The notes: generated by a model not told the origin, from the letters alone. DNA of 56,296 nucleotides from an uncultured Arcobacteraceae bacterium (GCA_964022095.1 CAXHZO010000015.1:1-56296), one strand, 5' to 3'. Positions 9,673-20,402 are shown, numbered from the stretch's first letter. A program made the numbers and translations.

Positions 9673-10368
9673 ATGAATCTATTTACAGATGGTTTCACGC
9701 AAGCAATTGATTTGCTTGCAAGTGGAAATGAGAGTGTTTATTCAGCAATTAGCACAACTATTACAGTATCTTCTTGGTCTTTACTTATAAGTTTAATTAT
9801 AGGTTTACCTTTGGGGTTTGCATTGGGTTATTATAACTTTTTTGGAAAAACAGTTGTAAGAACAATAGTTGATACTCTTTTAGCACTACCAACTGTAGTG
9901 ATAGGATTAATTGCTTATACTATGCTTTCTCAAGCTGGACCATTTGGTAAGTATGATTTACTATTTACTCCCCAAGCTATTATTATAGGACAGATAGTTC
10001 TTAGTCTTCCTATCATAATAGCTTTAACCGCTTCACAAGTTGAAGCAGTGGATAAGAGGCTATATACATCATTAAAAGGTATGGGTGCAAGTCCACATCA
10101 AATACTTATTGCAACCCTTATAGAAGCAAGATTTGGACTTATGACAGCAGCTATGACTGCATATGGAAGAATTATCACTGAAATTGGTATTTCTATGATG
10201 GTTGGTGGAAATATCAAATACCATACAAGAACAGTAACAACTGCAATTGCTCTTGAAACAGGTAAGGGTGAGTTTATCACTGGAATTGCACTTGGAATTG
10301 TTTTATTTGCAGTTGCTTTAATGGTAAATATTGCACTTAGTGTTTTAAAAAGGAAATGGACACAATGA
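9673..10368 (+). CDS. tupB: Tungstate ABC transporter permease
   Basis: TM protein with LPTVVIGL, EIGISMMVGGNI and TRTVTTAIALET. Confidence 0.92.
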   Translation: MNLFTDGFTQAIDLLASGNESVYSAISTTITVSSWSLLISLIIGLPLGFALGYYNFFGKTVVRTIVDTLLALPTVVIGLIAYTMLSQAGPFGKYDLLFTPQAIIIGQIVLSLPIIIALTASQVEAVDKRLYTSLKGMGASPHQILIATLIEARFGLMTAAMTAYGRIITEIGISMMVGGNIKYHTRTVTTAIALETGKGEFITGIALGIVLFAVALMVNIALSVLKRKWTQ

Positions 10369-11387
10369 GTAGTTTATATAATCTAAAAAATATTGAACAA
10401 TACTTTGATGGAAGAAGAGTTTTAAGTATTGATGAACTAAGCTTAGAAGAAAATCAAATAATAGGATTTTTTGGACCAAATGGTAGTGGAAAATCAACAC
10501 TATTTTCACTGCTTTCATTTATAAATAATCCTTGTAGTGGACAGATAACTTTTAATGGAGTAGAGAATAAGAAACTTGATTCTAAAACTAGACAAAGTGT
10601 AGTGATGGTTCCTCAAAATCCATACTTGTTAAAAAGAACAGTTTATGAGAATATTGTTTATGGTTTAAAACTTAGAAATGAAACAGATAATTTAGACAAA
10701 AAAGTAAACTCTGCACTTTCTATGGTAGGACTTGAAAGTTCTTTTGCAAAAAGAAAATGGAGTCAACTTTCAGGTGGTGAAGCACAAAGAGTAGCCTTAG
10801 CAGCAAGACTTATTTTAAAACCAAAGGTTCTAATTTTAGATGAACCTACAAGTGGTGTTGATACAAATTCAGCACAACTTATAAAAGAAGCAATACTTTG
10901 TGCAAAACAAAAATATAATACTACTATATTAATATCAAGTCATGACCATAATTGGTTAAATCATATATGTGATAAGAAAATTGCACTTTTCCAAGGAAAC
11001 TTAATAGAAAGTAGTAATGTAAACCTTCTTTTTGCTCCTTGGCGCAAAAATGAAAATCTAAACTTAGTAAAAGAGTTTAGTGATAATCAAAAGCTTGAAA
11101 TTGAAAATAGTTTTGATAAAAAAAGAGATTCAATAGTGATGATAAATAGTGATGATATTTATATTTGTAGAGTTGATTGTGATGATTTTAAAACAAATAA
11201 AACGCTAAAAGGTGTTATAAACTCTATTCACCAAGTAAATGATGGAAATAGATTATTAGTTGAATTTAGTGTTGCAGGGGTAAATTTCAATAGTAAAATT
11301 ACAAGAGAGTATATGCAAGAACAAACACTACTTCCAGGTGATAATGTTAATATAAATATTGATACAAAAAATATTTGTTGGATTTAG
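10365..11387 (+). CDS. tupC: Tungstate ABC transporter ATPase
   Basis: Walker A GPNGSGKST, LSGGEAQR, ILDEPT. ATGA overlap with the tupB stop. Confidence 0.9.
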   Translation: MSSLYNLKNIEQYFDGRRVLSIDELSLEENQIIGFFGPNGSGKSTLFSLLSFINNPCSGQITFNGVENKKLDSKTRQSVVMVPQNPYLLKRTVYENIVYGLKLRNETDNLDKKVNSALSMVGLESSFAKRKWSQLSGGEAQRVALAARLILKPKVLILDEPTSGVDTNSAQLIKEAILCAKQKYNTTILISSHDHNWLNHICDKKIALFQGNLIESSNVNLLFAPWRKNENLNLVKEFSDNQKLEIENSFDKKRDSIVMINSDDIYICRVDCDDFKTNKTLKGVINSIHQVNDGNRLLVEFSVAGVNFNSKITREYMQEQTLLPGDNVNINIDTKNICWI

Positions 11388-11447
11388 AAAAGTAAAATAA
11401 ATTTTACTTAAAAATGGTATAATAATTTCTAAATAAAAGGAGAATGT

Positions 11448-11639
11448 ATGTTTGTAAAATTAAATGAAAGAGTTTTCTTAAATATGGCAAAAATTACTAG
11501 AACTAAGATTGATCATGTTGAAGATGGAATTAGAGTGAGATTTTATGAAGGTCAAGATCAAGTAGCAAAATCAAGAAGATTTGATAGTGTTGAAGAAGCT
11601 TCTAAATGGTTTGAAGATTTAATCAAAGATATCAAATAA
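11448..11639 (+). CDS. Small hypothetical protein (63 aa)
   Basis: TGG-TATAAT promoter-like sequence, AAGGAG RBS, protein-like codon usage. Confidence 0.8.
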   Translation: MFVKLNERVFLNMAKITRTKIDHVEDGIRVRFYEGQDQVAKSRRFDSVEEASKWFEDLIKDIK

Positions 11640-11675
11640 AGAGTATTTATTCCCAATATTTTGGGATAAATTCTT

Positions 11676-13589
11676 CTAAATATTAATAATAAATTTAGCC
11701 CCTGTGTACTCAATGCCCTCATAAGTATATTTTTTATTTGAAACACATAAGTTACCTTCTAGGTGCTTAAGTACAATCTCTTCACTCATATATAATCCAA
11801 TTCCTGTCCCTACTAATTTATGTTTAGTGGTAAAGTATGGTTCAAAAATTCTATCTATAATATCTTCTTTTATTCCACCTGCATTATCTATTATTTCAAT
11901 ATATAATGTATCATCTTTTTTATAACTATTAATAAAGATAAGTCTTCTTTGATTATCTTTTAAAATTAATGCATCTCTTGCATTGTTTAGTATATTAATT
12001 AGAACTTGTACTAATTCATTTTCCAATGAAAAAAGTTCATTATTCTCAACATTTTGTATTAATTCTATATTTTTTGAAGTAAACTGTGCATTTACTAAAG
12101 TCAAAGCCTTATTAATTGTATTAGATATTTCAAATGCTATTTTTTTATTATTATTTGGATTAAAGAAGTTTCTAAAATCATCAATAGTTTCAGAAAGATA
12201 TTGTGCAGAACTATTGATTTTATCCATTGCAGAATTAAACTGCATATCTGATAAACAGTCCATCTCTTTTTGAACTTTTGCGCCTGTTGCAACAGTTGAG
12301 ATTGTAGATAAAGGTTGCCTCCATTGATGTGCAATATTTCCTATCATCTCTCCCATTGCTGCCATTTTAGATTGTTGTATTAACAATCTTTGTTTTTCTA
12401 TAGTTTTATTAGTTTCATCTTGAATTTTATTTCTATATATTACAAATTTTTCAGAAACTTTGTTAGATATATAAAAAGACAATAAAATAAATACTAATGT
12501 TATTGATATAGAAAGTATGATTATCTTATTAATTGATTTTTGTTTAGACTCTAGCAAATACTTTGTTTTTTGCTCAATTTCTTTTTCAAAGTTTTCTAAA
12601 AAAAAACCAGTACCTATAATCCATTTCCAATTATTAATAAGTCTAATATAAGAAATCTTTTTTCTTTTCTTTAAATTTTCTGGATTTACTTCTGTACTAT
12701 AAGACATAAAACCTTTTTTACTTTTTTGTGCAAATTCAATTATATCTTTTACAACATATTTCCCTAAAGGGTTTTTGATATTATAACGATTTGTTCCAAT
12801 TAAAGAGTCTTTATAATGAGAAAGAACATTACCCTTATCATCGAATATAAATATATAGTTTTTATTTTCTCTTGTGATATTTTTTATTTTTAATAACAAC
12901 TCTTTTTTTAGGTCATTTTCAAAATCATCAATATATTCAGCTGTTCCTATAAACCAATTATATGGTTCAAACTGTTTAATAAATCCAATTTTCTCAAACT
13001 CTTTTGATGAATCTTTTGGTTTATGAAAAAACCACTTTTGAAATCCTTCTTTTTCTTTACTTGTTGCTATATTAATTGATTCTTGAACAATATTTGTTCC
13101 TTTTGTATCTTTTACATAAAAGAAGTTTTTCCCTTCTCTTTGAGGTTTTATTGGATGAAGAATATTTGTTCCTTTTAGATCATAAATAAAAAAATATCCT
13201 CTTCCATCATTAAATCTACTAGTTTCAATAGCAGTTTTAATATCAAATATAATTTCTTCTTTTGTTTTTTTGTTTTTGTTTTTATTATAGATATTCATAG
13301 CTGTATTGTGAACTTGATAGACTCTTTTTTTAATATCTGATTTTAATGCTTGTTCTGATTTTTCTTTTTCATATGAAATTAAATTGTATATATTCTCTAT
13401 TTTATTTTTTACATTTTCTTGATTTTGAATAAGATATTTTTGTTTAGTTGATTCAACTTCTCTAGTAAAATCTTCTTCCATTTTAGTTAGATATATATTA
13501 GAAATAAAAAGAGAAACAAAAATAACAAGAATAATTGGAGAAAACTTAATTATATTTAGAATAATTCTTTCATCATTTGTTATTTTCAT
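11676..13589 (-). CDS. Cache-domain sensor histidine kinase
   Basis: Two TM helices around tandem Cache domains (GYFFIYDLKG...HP). H-box IAHQWRQPL, N-box NILNNARDA, DNAGGI, FEPYFTTK, GTGIGL. Confidence 0.92.
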   Translation of the reverse strand: MKITNDERIILNIIKFSPIILVIFVSLFISNIYLTKMEEDFTREVESTKQKYLIQNQENVKNKIENIYNLISYEKEKSEQALKSDIKKRVYQVHNTAMNIYNKNKNKKTKEEIIFDIKTAIETSRFNDGRGYFFIYDLKGTNILHPIKPQREGKNFFYVKDTKGTNIVQESINIATSKEKEGFQKWFFHKPKDSSKEFEKIGFIKQFEPYNWFIGTAEYIDDFENDLKKELLLKIKNITRENKNYIFIFDDKGNVLSHYKDSLIGTNRYNIKNPLGKYVVKDIIEFAQKSKKGFMSYSTEVNPENLKKRKKISYIRLINNWKWIIGTGFFLENFEKEIEQKTKYLLESKQKSINKIIILSISITLVFILLSFYISNKVSEKFVIYRNKIQDETNKTIEKQRLLIQQSKMAAMGEMIGNIAHQWRQPLSTISTVATGAKVQKEMDCLSDMQFNSAMDKINSSAQYLSETIDDFRNFFNPNNNKKIAFEISNTINKALTLVNAQFTSKNIELIQNVENNELFSLENELVQVLINILNNARDALILKDNQRRLIFINSYKKDDTLYIEIIDNAGGIKEDIIDRIFEPYFTTKHKLVGTGIGLYMSEEIVLKHLEGNLCVSNKKYTYEGIEYTGAKFIINI

Positions 13590-13682
13590 ACTAATTTCCT
13601 AATAAATAATAATTTATCATAAAAAAACTTTTATAATCTTAATTTTATAAACCTACTAAAGAATGTTAATCTAATTTTGTTT

Positions 13683-14150
13683 TTATACCTCAATTTGAGA
13701 AGACAAATCAATACTTCCATTTGAAATAATTTGCGCTCTTAATCCTGCTTTATTAACCATTTGAGTTAATGTTTTATCTTCTTGTAGTTTATTAGCTAAA
13801 TACTTACAAGGCTCACACAATCTAATACCTTTTAATACAACTTTTCCCACTTGAAACTCTTTTCCAACTAAAGAATTCAAATCACAGTTTGAAACTACAA
13901 TATTTCTTCTAAAATCCTCAGCTGTTAAGTTTAGATTATGTTCTTCATTTAAAGAGTTTATTTTTTCAATTTCTATTAGAGTAACATCTCTATCAGGTTC
14001 TATTTCACCTTCATTTGAAAATGTACCTTTTTTATTATAATATCTATCTCCAAATATACCTTTTCCAACTTCTAGTACAATTTGATTTACATTTTGCATA
14101 GGGCTTTGTGGATCTTTTGTAATTAATAGTTTTTCAATTTTACCTGACAT
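13683..14150 (-). CDS. MOSC domain protein
   Basis: GIFGDRY, FRRNIVV, RLCEPC, GLRAQI. Confidence 0.88.
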   Translation of the reverse strand: MSGKIEKLLITKDPQSPMQNVNQIVLEVGKGIFGDRYYNKKGTFSNEGEIEPDRDVTLIEIEKINSLNEEHNLNLTAEDFRRNIVVSNCDLNSLVGKEFQVGKVVLKGIRLCEPCKYLANKLQEDKTLTQMVNKAGLRAQIISNGSIDLSSQIEV

Positions 14151-14325
14151 TTGAATCCTTTTATTTTATTAGTAATCTTTTAACTATATTCTTTAAATAA
14201 TAAGGATTTGCTTTTTTTATAATTAATTGAATAAAAATACTTAATAATCAAAAAAAATATAAATAAATTTCTTAATTATGATATATTTATATTTAAATAT
14301 TAATTTAAAAATTCAAAGGAAATTT

Positions 14326-14718
14326 ATGACCGAACAAATAAAACACTATGAAAATAAATTAAAATATGAAATTGATTCTTGGGATTTAAGTGAATTACTA
14401 AAAAAGAAAAATCAAGTAATTGTAATAGATACTAGAGCAACAAGTGTTTATGAAGCTGAGCACATACCAACTGCTGTAAATATTCCTCATAGAACAATGA
14501 GTGCACATAGCACAAAAGATTTAGACAAAGATATATTATATGTAACATATTGTGACGGAATAGGGTGTAATGCTTCAACAAAAGGTGCATTAAATATGGC
14601 TAAGTTAGGTTTTAAAGTAAAAGAGCTTCTTGGTGGTTTAGATTGGTGGATACGAGATGGTTATGAAACCAATGGCCTAAATGCAAAACCTTCCAAAAAT
14701 ATTGAGTGCGCTTGTTAG
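14326..14718 (+). CDS. Rhodanese-like protein
   Basis: VIDTR, EHIPTAVNIP, YCDGIGCNAS, LLGGLDWW. AAGGA RBS before ATG 14326. Confidence 0.9.
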   Translation: MTEQIKHYENKLKYEIDSWDLSELLKKKNQVIVIDTRATSVYEAEHIPTAVNIPHRTMSAHSTKDLDKDILYVTYCDGIGCNASTKGALNMAKLGFKVKELLGGLDWWIRDGYETNGLNAKPSKNIECAC

Positions 14719-14894
14719 CCCTTGCTATTTATTTTTTATTCAGCTATATTGTATGTACTTAAGATGAATTCGAGTTTCATCTGTTATTATTTTGCCTTTT
14801 ATTAATTACTGCTCATTGATACGATACATTATTTATACAACAAGCTCATTTTTGTCTTTTTATTAACTTCATAGCGAAGAAAAAAAGGAAAAAT

Positions 14895-15047
14895 ATGTCA
14901 ATTACACATATGAAAACAAACGAAAAAATAGAGGTTTTTTTAAAACTATTAGAAAAAAATGAAAGCATTGAAGATGCCAGTTCTAAAGCTGGAATATCAT
15001 TAGAAAAAACTAAACTAATTTTAAACGAAAAAGAGTTGGCTTTTTAG
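14895..15047 (+). CDS. Unannotated 50-aa small protein, HTH-like
   Basis: AAGGA RBS. MSITHMKTNEKIEVFLKLLEKNESIEDASSKAGISLEKTKLILNEKELAF. Hairpin GAGTTGGCT/AGCCAATTC spans the stop codon. Confidence 0.7.
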   Translation: MSITHMKTNEKIEVFLKLLEKNESIEDASSKAGISLEKTKLILNEKELAF

Positions 15048-15186
15048 CCAATTCATTCTATCTACTATCTCTTAAATCTAAAAAATCTAAATTCATATAA
15101 AAATATTATTAACAAATAAAGATTTTAATTTAAAATTAAGTTTAAATTAATTTTAAGAAATGTAAAATACTTAAAAGGAGTCTGTT

Positions 15187-15810
15187 ATGCAAGTAAATAA
15201 TAGTATCAACCAAGCTTTAGACTTATTTAAAAAAAATCAAACTGTAACTGATGAAAATAGTACAAAGCAAAATGAATCTTTAGAAAAAACAATTAATGAG
15301 TCTGCTGTGAAGGTTAGTCTTTCTATGAATGCTCAAGTAATACTTTTTGCAATGAATTCTGCTCAAAGTATGAAAGATAATGCTACTGCTCAAACTGCTA
15401 TATTTAAAAGCAGTGAATCTTTTGATATCTCCAGTGAACAACAAGATGTCTTAGATTTCTTAGATGGCAAAATAAGTGAAAATGGCATGAGCTTAGAGAA
15501 CATTGGGTACGAAGGAAAGTCAATACTTGATTTAACACCTGATGAAGCAAAAGATTTAGTAAGTGATGATGGTTTCTTTGGAGTAACGCAAACTTCTGAT
15601 AGAGTTGCAAATTTTGTATTTAATTTTGCAGGTGAAGATTTAGAATTATTACAAAAAGGGAAAGAGGGTATTATTCAAGGTTTTCAAGAAGCTGAAAAAC
15701 TTTTTGGTGGTAAATTACCTGAAATATCTTATGAAACTCAAAACAGAACATTATCTTTAATAAATGAAAGAATTAATAGTTTAGGTGGAAATACAGAAGT
15801 TGAAAATTAG
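15187..15810 (+). CDS. Conserved hypothetical protein
   Basis: AAGGAG RBS. EAKDLVSDDGFFGVTQTSDRVANF...GF.EAEKLFGGKLPEIS resembles a Campylobacterota hypothetical family. Confidence 0.8.
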   Translation: MQVNNSINQALDLFKKNQTVTDENSTKQNESLEKTINESAVKVSLSMNAQVILFAMNSAQSMKDNATAQTAIFKSSESFDISSEQQDVLDFLDGKISENGMSLENIGYEGKSILDLTPDEAKDLVSDDGFFGVTQTSDRVANFVFNFAGEDLELLQKGKEGIIQGFQEAEKLFGGKLPEISYETQNRTLSLINERINSLGGNTEVEN

Positions 15811-15827
15811 TTTGAAGAGATAGCTTC

Positions 15828-16802
15828 TTAGCTATACTCTTCTGTCATTCTGTCATAAAATTTAACATATTCAGTGTCACCTTCATCTCTTGCTTTCATA
15901 GCAGGTCTTGGGTGCTCATTTAACTTACCAGTGATCATATAAGGTACGCTATAACCCCAGTCAAGTTCTTTTTCTAATGCTACTATTTTTTCTTCAATAA
16001 ATTTTAACACAGGTGATAATTTATATTTTGGGTTTTTTAAGAACCCTAATAGTAATTCTAAGTTACAGTTTCCAGCACCTCTTCCAAGTCCAGAAACAGT
16101 TGCATCTAAATAACTAGTTCCATATATCATAGCTTCTAAGGTATTTGCATATGCTAGTTGTAAGTTATTATGTGCGTGAATACCGATTTTTTTACCTGCA
16201 GCTTGGGCTTTTGTTAAATATTTTCCAGTTAATTTTTTGATTTGTTCTGGATAAAAAGAACCAAAACTATCAGCAATATAAATTACATCAACATTTGATG
16301 CACAAACTTGATCTAATACCTGGTCTAATTCATCATCAAATGATTTAGAAATAGCCATGATATTACAAGTAGTTTCATATCCTTTTGCATGGAAATCTTC
16401 AATTAATTCTAATGCTTCTGGAATTTGATGAATATAAGTTGCTACTCTAATCATATCTACAACTGAGTCTGAAGCTTGAGGAATCTCTTCTTTTAAAGTT
16501 CTACCAACATCAGCCATTGTTGCAATTTTTAAGTCTGTATTATTTTCACCAACAACACTTCTTATATCTTCTTCAACACAGAAGTTCCATTTTCCATACT
16601 CTTTAGGATCCATTACAGTTGGAGAAACATTTTTCCCAATTTCCATATAATCAACACCTGAAGCAACACACATTTCGTAATGTGCTTTAACAAAATCATC
16701 TGTGAAGTGGTAATTATTTACTAATCCACCATCTCTAATAGTACAGTCGAAAACTTTTAGGTCTTCTCTAACTGTTAAAATATCGCCATTTTTCTCTATC
16801 AT
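15828..16802 (-). CDS. DRE-TIM metallolyase (HMGL-like/aldolase catalytic domain protein)
   Basis: DCTIRDGG, ADSFGS, HAHNNLQLA, GLGRGAGN. Confidence 0.85.
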   Translation of the reverse strand: MIEKNGDILTVREDLKVFDCTIRDGGLVNNYHFTDDFVKAHYEMCVASGVDYMEIGKNVSPTVMDPKEYGKWNFCVEEDIRSVVGENNTDLKIATMADVGRTLKEEIPQASDSVVDMIRVATYIHQIPEALELIEDFHAKGYETTCNIMAISKSFDDELDQVLDQVCASNVDVIYIADSFGSFYPEQIKKLTGKYLTKAQAAGKKIGIHAHNNLQLAYANTLEAMIYGTSYLDATVSGLGRGAGNCNLELLLGFLKNPKYKLSPVLKFIEEKIVALEKELDWGYSVPYMITGKLNEHPRPAMKARDEGDTEYVKFYDRMTEEYS

Positions 16803-16948
16803 TTTTTTGTACCTTCTCTAAAAAAATTCAAGAATTATAACTAAAGCATAATCAATTTGATATTAATTACAGAAATAATCAAATGTAATAAATATAAAAA
16901 TTAGATAAAATATTGTAATATATACATAATTAATACAAAAGAAGTTTA

Positions 16949-18196
16949 ATGGATAAAGCATTTTTAAAAGAAATAACAATTCTGTATGTTGAAGATGATG
17001 AGCTAATAAAAAAAGAATTATATGATACATTAAAACTTTTTTTTAAAGATGTTCTACTAGCATCTGATGGTGAAGAAGCCATAATAGCATATGAAGAAAA
17101 TATCCAAGAAATACAACTAATTATCAGTGATATAAATATGCCCTATAAAGATGGAATAGAAGTATTAAATGAAATTAGAAAGACAAATAAAACAATTCCT
17201 TTTATTTTTACTACAGCTTATACTAGTCAAGAGTATTTATTAAGTTCTATAAAGTATGGAGTTGATGATTATTTTGTTAAGCCTCTTAATATAAAACAAC
17301 TAGTAGAAAAAGCAGAGTTTTTAATCAAAAAAAATATAAAAAAAGATAGAGTTAATCACTATCAAAATATGATAAATGACTACTTAGACACAATTAATCA
17401 AGTAGCTTTTGTATTTGTTTTTAATGATGACAAAAAAATTAGATATGTAAATGATTTTTATAAAGAGCTTTCAAAATTAGACAGTAGTGAAGTTATCGAT
17501 AAAGATATTGAGTTTTTATATCATAAAGAGACATCAAGTCAATTAATCCATGATCAATGGAGAACAATTAGTATTGGAAATAAATGGAAAGGTAGTATGA
17601 AATTTATGACCAAAGATGATAATGCTTTTTACTCTAATTGTACTATTATTCCTGTCCTTGATGAAGGAAAAACAAAATATATTAGTATTAATTTTATTAC
17701 TACAAAAGAAGAAAATATCAGAAGAAGTTTTAAAAAGAAAGTGCTATATAATTTTAATGAAACAAAAAAAATATATAAAGTTGCCCAAGAAAAAATTGAC
17801 TCTTTATCTTGTGAATTAAAAGAGTATGAGGATTTAGAAAAAAAAGAAAAAGAGATTCAAAATATAAAAGAGTTAAATGATAATTATATAAAAAATATAG
17901 ATAAGCTCGAAGATAAATTAAAAGATATAAGGCAAAGACAAGAGACTTTTACCCATGAAGTAAATGTGAAAATGAAAGATATTTTAGAATCTACTAAAGA
18001 GTTACGAACTGAAAATAAAAAATCTGATAAAAAAATAAACTATTTAAAAAAAGAGATTAAGGTTAGACAGAATTATATTTTAAGAATTCAAGAAGAGTTA
18101 GAAGTAAAAAAAAGAAAAGTAAATGATTTAGAAGATGTTTTAAGACACAGAGAAAATCAAATAGAAGAAAAAGAAAAATTAAATAGGCGTAAATAA
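16949..18196 (+). CDS. Response regulator: REC-PAS-coiled coil
   Basis: LYVEDD, ISDINMP, FTTAY, KP receiver motifs, followed by PAS (YVND...WKG) and a long coiled-coil tail. Confidence 0.85.
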   Translation: MDKAFLKEITILYVEDDELIKKELYDTLKLFFKDVLLASDGEEAIIAYEENIQEIQLIISDINMPYKDGIEVLNEIRKTNKTIPFIFTTAYTSQEYLLSSIKYGVDDYFVKPLNIKQLVEKAEFLIKKNIKKDRVNHYQNMINDYLDTINQVAFVFVFNDDKKIRYVNDFYKELSKLDSSEVIDKDIEFLYHKETSSQLIHDQWRTISIGNKWKGSMKFMTKDDNAFYSNCTIIPVLDEGKTKYISINFITTKEENIRRSFKKKVLYNFNETKKIYKVAQEKIDSLSCELKEYEDLEKKEKEIQNIKELNDNYIKNIDKLEDKLKDIRQRQETFTHEVNVKMKDILESTKELRTENKKSDKKINYLKKEIKVRQNYILRIQEELEVKKRKVNDLEDVLRHRENQIEEKEKLNRRK

Positions 18197-19425
18197 TGGT
18201 ATTAAATACAGAAAACTTTTATAAAAAATTAACAACTTTATATGTAGAACCAAATATTACTACAGCTAAGTATTTTGAAAATATTTTAAAAAAGATTTTT
18301 AAAGAAGTATTTATATTCAACAATTTTAACGAAGCTTTTGATTACTATAAACTTAATAATGAAGATATTGACTTTATAATTTGTGACATGGTGCTAGAAA
18401 AAAACTTTACAGCATTTGATTTACTTAAAAAAGCCAGAGAAATAAATGATGAAATTCCTTTTATTGTAACTACATCAAAAGTAGAAACAGATGAGCTTCT
18501 AAGTGCAATTAAATTAAATATAAATGATTTATTGATTAAACCTTATGGCGCAAAGTCACTTTTAGATTCAGTTCAAAAAATCTGCCAAACGAAATATTAT
18601 AAACAAACACAAAATCAATTAATGAAAGATTTAGAAGATATTTTTGAAGTAGTTAATGAAGTTGCCTTAGTATCTAAAACAGATATAAATGGAAATATTA
18701 TATTTATAAATAAATCCTTTAGTGAAATAACAGGATACACACAAGAAGAGTTAAAAGACTGTAATCATGATATTCTTAAAGATAAAAGTGATGATTCTTC
18801 ATCTGATCTTTATTCAACTATCAAAAATGGAAAAATATGGGAAGGTAAAGTTAGGAATATTTCAAAAAATAATACCGTATTTTATACATATTTGACAGTT
18901 ATTCCAATTCAGGAAGAATCTTCAAATAAAATTAAAGAGTATACTTGGATTGGTTTTTTAGCAACTGAATATGAACTAAAGCAAAAAGAGTTTAGAAAAA
19001 AAGTTATTGAAAATATCAATAAAAATAGAAGAATAAATACAGAAGCTAGAGAAAAAATTGACGAACTACAAAATATGTTATTAAAATATAAAAATGTTGA
19101 TAGTATTTATGAATTAGAAAAATCTAGAAAAGAGAAGTTTCAACAACAGTTTGAATACTTTGATAGTGAAGCTAAAAAAAGTAAAGCAAAATTAAATACA
19201 CTAAGTGAAAAAGCAAAAGAGAAACTTTATTTAGCTATTGATGAGCAAGATGAAGTTAGAATACAGAATGAACAAATTGAGATACTATTAGATTCAGTTT
19301 ATAGTGAATATAATCTAAAAAATAAAACTATAAAAGAGTTGAAAACAGAGCTAGAAAAACAGCAAAAAAAGATTAATGATTTAATGTTAAAGATTGAGCA
19401 TAAAGAACTAAAATTAGGATTATAA
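18196..19425 (+). CDS. Response regulator-like: degenerate REC-PAS-coiled coil
   Basis: LYVEPN, ICDMVL, IKP, then PAS (SKTDINGNIIFIN...ITGYT.EEL...WEG) and a coiled coil. Confidence 0.82.
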   Translation: MVLNTENFYKKLTTLYVEPNITTAKYFENILKKIFKEVFIFNNFNEAFDYYKLNNEDIDFIICDMVLEKNFTAFDLLKKAREINDEIPFIVTTSKVETDELLSAIKLNINDLLIKPYGAKSLLDSVQKICQTKYYKQTQNQLMKDLEDIFEVVNEVALVSKTDINGNIIFINKSFSEITGYTQEELKDCNHDILKDKSDDSSSDLYSTIKNGKIWEGKVRNISKNNTVFYTYLTVIPIQEESSNKIKEYTWIGFLATEYELKQKEFRKKVIENINKNRRINTEAREKIDELQNMLLKYKNVDSIYELEKSRKEKFQQQFEYFDSEAKKSKAKLNTLSEKAKEKLYLAIDEQDEVRIQNEQIEILLDSVYSEYNLKNKTIKELKTELEKQQKKINDLMLKIEHKELKLGL

Positions 19426-20276
19426 TGAATTACGAAATACAAAATGAATATATAAAAGCAGTAATTGATTCAGGTGGAGCACAATTAAATAGTTTAAAAA
19501 AAAATGATGAAGATTTAGATTATATTTGGTGTGCTGATGAATCATATTGGAATAGAAGTTCTCCGATTTTATTTCCTATTGTTGGAAAACTAAAAGATGA
19601 TGAATATATTTATGACAATAAAAAATATAGTATGAATCAGCATGGTTTTGCAAGGGATAAAAAATTCGAAGTTGTAAAAAAAGAAGATGATTGTGTTGAA
19701 TTTAAATTAACTAGTTCTAAAAAAAGTAAAGATATTTATCCTTTTGATTTTGAACTTTTTTTAAATTATCAATTAAAGGAAAATAAATTAATTGTTTCTT
19801 ATAAAGTTATAAATATAGATACTAAAGTACTTTATTTCTCTATTGGGGCACATCCTGCGTTTAATTGGCCTTTAGAAGATGAGGCAAAGGATGAGTGTTT
19901 TATAAGTGTTGATAAGAAAGAAGCTTATAGATACTTTTTAAAAGATGGCTTATTAGCTGATAATACTTATATGAATTGTGAAAAAATCTTTTTAAGTGAA
20001 GAGATGTTTTTTAATGATGCATTAGTTTTTAATGATGATATAAATGAAGTTACATTTCAAAACAGTAGAAATGACAGATTTGTAAAAATGAATTTTAAAG
20101 ACTTCCCTTATCTTGGTATTTGGTCAAAACCAAGTGGATCACCATTTTTATGTATAGAGCCTTGGCATGGAGTTGCTGATAGTGTTGATCATAATAAAAA
20201 ACTAGAAGATAAAAGAGGTATTTTATCTTTAGATTCAAAAAATAAATTTGAGTCTAGTTATAGTATTGAAATTTAG
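19425..20276 (+). CDS. Aldose 1-epimerase family protein
   Basis: SPILFPIVG, HGFARD, GAHPAF, FLCIEPW. Confidence 0.9.
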   Translation: MNYEIQNEYIKAVIDSGGAQLNSLKKNDEDLDYIWCADESYWNRSSPILFPIVGKLKDDEYIYDNKKYSMNQHGFARDKKFEVVKKEDDCVEFKLTSSKKSKDIYPFDFELFLNYQLKENKLIVSYKVINIDTKVLYFSIGAHPAFNWPLEDEAKDECFISVDKKEAYRYFLKDGLLADNTYMNCEKIFLSEEMFFNDALVFNDDINEVTFQNSRNDRFVKMNFKDFPYLGIWSKPSGSPFLCIEPWHGVADSVDHNKKLEDKRGILSLDSKNKFESSYSIEI

Positions 20277-20402
20277 GGTTTGAACTCTTAAATTAGTATA
20301 GTTATAAAATAGACAGCTTTGCATATTTTTTGTAAACTTCCATGTAAAAAATATTTATAATTTTTGATATAATAAATATATATTATTAATTGAAAGTATT
20401 TT

